Assembly: GCA_977020255.1 (NCBI GenBank)
Contig: CDROCS010001688.1
Coordinates: 124,001-188,000 of the forward strand
Length of the DNA: 64,000 bases
From: Obrimoposthia wandeli
Lineage: Eukaryota
Direction: 5' to 3'
The notes under the pieces were generated by a model. That model was not told where the DNA came from. It ran no database searches and saw only the letters and a list, made by a program, of their open reading frames with translations. This document shows, piece after piece, positions 60,747 through 64,000 of the stretch (the stretch's first letter is position 1; the number at the start of each line of letters is the position of its first letter). Both the position numbers and the translations under genes were made by a program.

Positions 60747-60911
60747 TTATATAAGCGTCAACAACTTGAACAAATTGATTCAGTTCTAATAAAATTAAAG
60801 GGCGGGATTGATATTAAATGCGCACATTGTGGTATATCAATACTTGAACGCTTGGATGTAGTTCCCACCGCTCAATATTGTATTAGCTGCCAAACCAAAA
60901 TTGAGAAGTGA
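60747..60911 (+). pseudogene. TraR/DksA C4 zinc-finger gene fragment
   Basis: LEQIDSVLIKLKGG..KCAHCGISILERLDVVPTAQYCISCQTKIEK*; no usable start upstream. Confidence 0.65.
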
Positions 60912-61070
60912 ACTAACTAGCGGTAAATATCAAGTCGGTTGTATTAGTACTTCAGTCGCTTCATTGCAAATCCATTAATCTGCATGCATTAAAAAGCCGA
61001 GTGATCATTACTCGGCTTTTTTAGTCTGACGCTAATGATGTTAATCTGAGGTTTCTTTTCCAAACTCTCA

Positions 61071-61163
61071 TTAAAATCCCGCGGCAGGAATCAAATAAAT
61101 AAGAACAGCCCAAGCTGTAACCCATCCCGTTACCATAACAACATCTAACCAATCACTGCTCAT
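61071..61163 (-). CDS. 30-aa single-TM small protein (not in ORF track)
   Basis: GGAGGA RBS; MSSDWLDVVMVTGWVTAWAVLIYLIPAAGF*; terminator at 60992-61023. Confidence 0.55.
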   Translation of the reverse strand: MSSDWLDVVMVTGWVTAWAVLIYLIPAAGF

Positions 61164-61380
61164 CTTTCCTCCATAAAAACTCATACCTTTACTAAGATCA
61201 TTAACGACATTATTCGTTTATTCTTTAGGCATTTAATTCATTTTTTTGGAAAAAAGATCAAACTGTGAACTCAACAAGAACCTGTCAAATTTACGTTCTA
61301 TACAATCGAAAAAAGCGCCAACTTATCGGCGCTTTATTGACTTCGGTATATAATGGCATGCATTGTTGATTAATATGCAT

Positions 61381-61646
61381 TATACCCAAGCTACCTCAAG
61401 ATGCAGGATTCAGAGTGATCTCAGCGTGTTTAATTCAAGGGAAATGTGTGTAGGAATGGCATTCCCTTTCAAACACATTTGACACAGAAGTAGATACGCT
61501 GAATCACTCCCAAAGGGCGAGTTTTGTTGGGCTCTATGCGGTGTTACTTATTTTCAACGTAGAACGACTAGGTCTATAAATAAGTGCCTTGCCTAGAGCC
61601 CAACAAATTCTCGCTGAAACGAGCATCTTGAGGTAACTTGGGTATA
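61381..61646. repeat. ERIC-like palindromic MITE with two internal hairpin modules
   Basis: 24-bp TIR TATACCCAAG(C/T)TACCTCAAGATGC (23/24 match); internal arms GAGTGATCTCAGCGT/ACGCTGAATCACTC and GCGAGTTTTGTTGGGCTCTA/TAGAGCCCAACAAATTCTCGC. Confidence 0.8.
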
Positions 61647-61669
61647 CACACTCTATTTATGTTTTTAAA

Positions 61670-63430
61670 CTAGCTCGCAGCAACTTGAGTACATTCACAA
61701 GGAATATAATAAATAAGCTTTTCTGTTGGTGCTGATAATTGCTTCATTTCACGGGCATAGTCTTCAAAGGCTTCTGCCATCGTTGCGTTAACCGCTTGAG
61801 GCTCTACAACATAATCGAGTAGCGCACTGTACCCTTCTTTGCCTGTTGCGGTATAACCGGATGAAACAGATGAATAAACGGCATTATCATCAAGGTCTAC
61901 CCATTGTCCTTGTTTTTTCATCTGCAAGATTTCTATACGAGCACCTTCTTCAGAACAACAACGGTAGGTATATTTAAGGTCGGCAACATAAGGGAAACTA
62001 CCCGTACCTGTACCTTCAACACCATTATCAATTGCGTTATTTATTGCACCTTCAAGTGCCTGTCGTACACGCTTACCTTTTACTTGGTAAACCATTAACC
62101 CTATCGCAAACGGCAGTAATTTACCTGATATATCAGCACAAGTGATTGGCCCTGGATTTAACGATGCACGAACGCCACCAGCATTATGAATGCCGAAATC
62201 AACGTTGAAACCTAGCTCTCGGGCTTTCCATACAAAACCGCTGACCACCAGCGGTGCGATTTGACTTCCGCCTTTATGATCGGGAATACGCACGTGTCGA
62301 AGTGGCTCTGTTATTTCTGCAATATGCTGAGTTTGTAACTTACGTACCGCGGGGCGATATTTCACGTTCAGAATATTTTCAATGAGCGGATCTTTTACAC
62401 AGAATCGAATATTCGATTGCTCTGTTAAGAATTGTTTTACTCGATCATGCGTATCGGCATCAAGGTGTTCTGTACGCGTTGCATCAACAGTAAACTGCCT
62501 ACCCAGTAATAGCTGATTTTTACCCGTCGCAGAAGCCAAAGTGCCATCAGCATTAAAATCGAGTTCAAGTTGACCCATTGCCAGTGCGTTACACCCTGCT
62601 TGAACAACACATGTACCATTTATTACTTTGGCATATTCATCTGTTACGCCGTAACCAAGGTTAGTAAAATCACCTTGCATGGTATGTGTGTGCCCGCCAA
62701 TGATCGCTGCAACACCATCAATCTCTTTAGCCAACAGTAAGTCACGCTCGTAACCAAGGTGACTCAAAATAACAATTTTATTAATACCATTTTGGTGAAT
62801 GGCATCAATTGTTTTGTTCGATAGTTCTACCACGTTCTTAAACGAAGTATCTGGATCGGGGTTAGCAATACCGGCCATGTTTTCAATTGCCAAACCAAAA
62901 ATGGCTACGGGTTCGCCATCTACGTCTTTCACAATATAACGACCTACATCATTACTTGCATCATAGGCGTACACGTTATGTTTATCACGCAAGGTATTAG
63001 GCTTTGTTTGATCTTCTTGTGATAAATCCCAATTAGCCACCAGCATAGGAAAATCAACACGATCTAGAAAATCGGCAACGATGCCATTCCCCATATCTAA
63101 CTCATGATTACCCAAGGCCATTGCTTCAACGCCAATCGCATTAAGCAATTCTGCATTTGCGAGACCTTTATACAATGAGAAATACAAAGTGCCTTGAAAA
63201 CAATCACCTGCATGCAAGAACATAAACTCACGTTCTTTTAAATATGCATGACTTTTCGCTTCTTTTACCGCAGAGGAAACACGAGAAAAACCACCACAAC
63301 TTGCATAAACAGATATTTCAGCATCAAGTACACTGGTTGGAAGCGTTAGCGATATTGAAGAAGGCTCGAAATGTGAGTGAGTGTCATTGATATGTGCAAA
63401 AGTAATTTTTGCGGTACGGTGTTTAGTCAT
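61670..63430 (-). CDS. Cytoplasmic bifunctional metallophosphatase/5'-nucleotidase
   Basis: HINDTHSH, HAGDCFQG, LGNHELD, LSHLG, IIGGHTH; no signal peptide from ATG 63430. Confidence 0.9.
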   Translation of the reverse strand: MTKHRTAKITFAHINDTHSHFEPSSISLTLPTSVLDAEISVYASCGGFSRVSSAVKEAKSHAYLKEREFMFLHAGDCFQGTLYFSLYKGLANAELLNAIGVEAMALGNHELDMGNGIVADFLDRVDFPMLVANWDLSQEDQTKPNTLRDKHNVYAYDASNDVGRYIVKDVDGEPVAIFGLAIENMAGIANPDPDTSFKNVVELSNKTIDAIHQNGINKIVILSHLGYERDLLLAKEIDGVAAIIGGHTHTMQGDFTNLGYGVTDEYAKVINGTCVVQAGCNALAMGQLELDFNADGTLASATGKNQLLLGRQFTVDATRTEHLDADTHDRVKQFLTEQSNIRFCVKDPLIENILNVKYRPAVRKLQTQHIAEITEPLRHVRIPDHKGGSQIAPLVVSGFVWKARELGFNVDFGIHNAGGVRASLNPGPITCADISGKLLPFAIGLMVYQVKGKRVRQALEGAINNAIDNGVEGTGTGSFPYVADLKYTYRCCSEEGARIEILQMKKQGQWVDLDDNAVYSSVSSGYTATGKEGYSALLDYVVEPQAVNATMAEAFEDYAREMKQLSAPTEKLIYYIPCECTQVAAS

Positions 63431-63731
63431 AATTAATCGATGCTCTCCATTTCGGAAATAAAATACAGCCATGTTCTTGTGTAACAGTAAGAGTGAGAGT
63501 TGATAGACAAACGAAGAAGGCATTTACTGCTGCTGATAAAAATCACAGTTCTTAGTTAAACAATGATCAACAAGACATTCAAAACGTGACAGACAACAAA
63601 TATAACACAACCTTACATATTTCCATTCATGAATCATTCCAATTTGACCATTTCTTGTCAAATGAGCATTTTCCACACTTTGCAGGTTAAGGATTATATT
63701 TAATAGACATACATCATTAATGGGCTGCTTT

Positions 63732-64000
63732 ATGCTCTCTTACATACTTCCTATCCTTCTTGTTTTTCTTGTTGGCTTTCTTGCTCAAAGAACTGGGCTA
63801 TGCATGGTAAGAGGGGTACAGGAATTATTAGCCAAACGTCCTGGCTTTCTGATAACAATTATTTGCTGCGGTTTTTGGTTTTGGCTGATCAGCCCTAATG
63901 CAGAGGAAGTATCGTTCAGTACCCCAATGCGAAGACACTCAGTAACACTCCCCTTTATATTAGGCGGCTTTTTATTTGGCCTTGGCGCCGCGATCAATAA
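63732..64000 (+). CDS. YeeE/YedE family thiosulfate transporter, 5' part (runs off the window)
   Basis: GFLAQRTGLCMV and ILGGFLFGLGAAIN motifs. Confidence 0.75.
   Translation, partial: MLSYILPILLVFLVGFLAQRTGLCMVRGVQELLAKRPGFLITIICCGFWFWLISPNAEEVSFSTPMRRHSVTLPFILGGFLFGLGAAIN

Noticed and set aside
2677-63997. Many 60-180 aa ORFs antisense to or overlapping well-supported genes (e.g. 12607-13149, 57872-58204, 22899-23180, 37035-37343, 63785-63997)
   Set aside because: Shadow frames of real genes, with no RBS or motif support.
1-64000. CRISPR array, tRNA or rRNA genes, retron ncRNA
   Set aside because: No regularly spaced repeats, cloverleaf/CCA patterns, rRNA motifs or reverse transcriptase were seen.

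Overview
Terminus region of a Vibrionaceae (probably Photobacterium-like) secondary chromosome. The core backbone follows the Vibrio cholerae chromosome II ter neighbourhood: LysR, patZ, SPOR protein, ddl and yciH, then dif, then vxrABC and pntAB, with ydbH-ynbE-ydbL, nadE, ribB plus its FMN riboswitch, chrA, qnr and an orphan RpoS-like sigma factor. A clear 28-bp dif site lies at 21695-21722, and six matS-type motifs occur across the backbone. Directly after dif is a ~12.6-kb island (21.7-34.3 kb) of stacked, decayed Xer-exploiting elements. It holds an IS1202-type IS 5 bp from the XerC arm, three damaged DUF3653/XafT-like genes, a fragment of a PM2 P5-like lytic gene with small membrane ORFs, and Ff-type inovirus pI/pIV remnants. 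The cargo genes remain intact: a four-gene Lamassu/ABC-three-component-type locus, a DUF4145 gene, orphan genes and yefM-yoeB. The best candidate for a new system is the Lamassu locus. Its usual effector-CTD fusion appears split into a stand-alone CTD and a separate TM/coiled-coil protein, and the two share a short matching motif at their facing ends, which suggests amyloid-type signalling. All family assignments come from motif recognition and recall, not database searches. No rRNA, tRNA or CRISPR array was seen.
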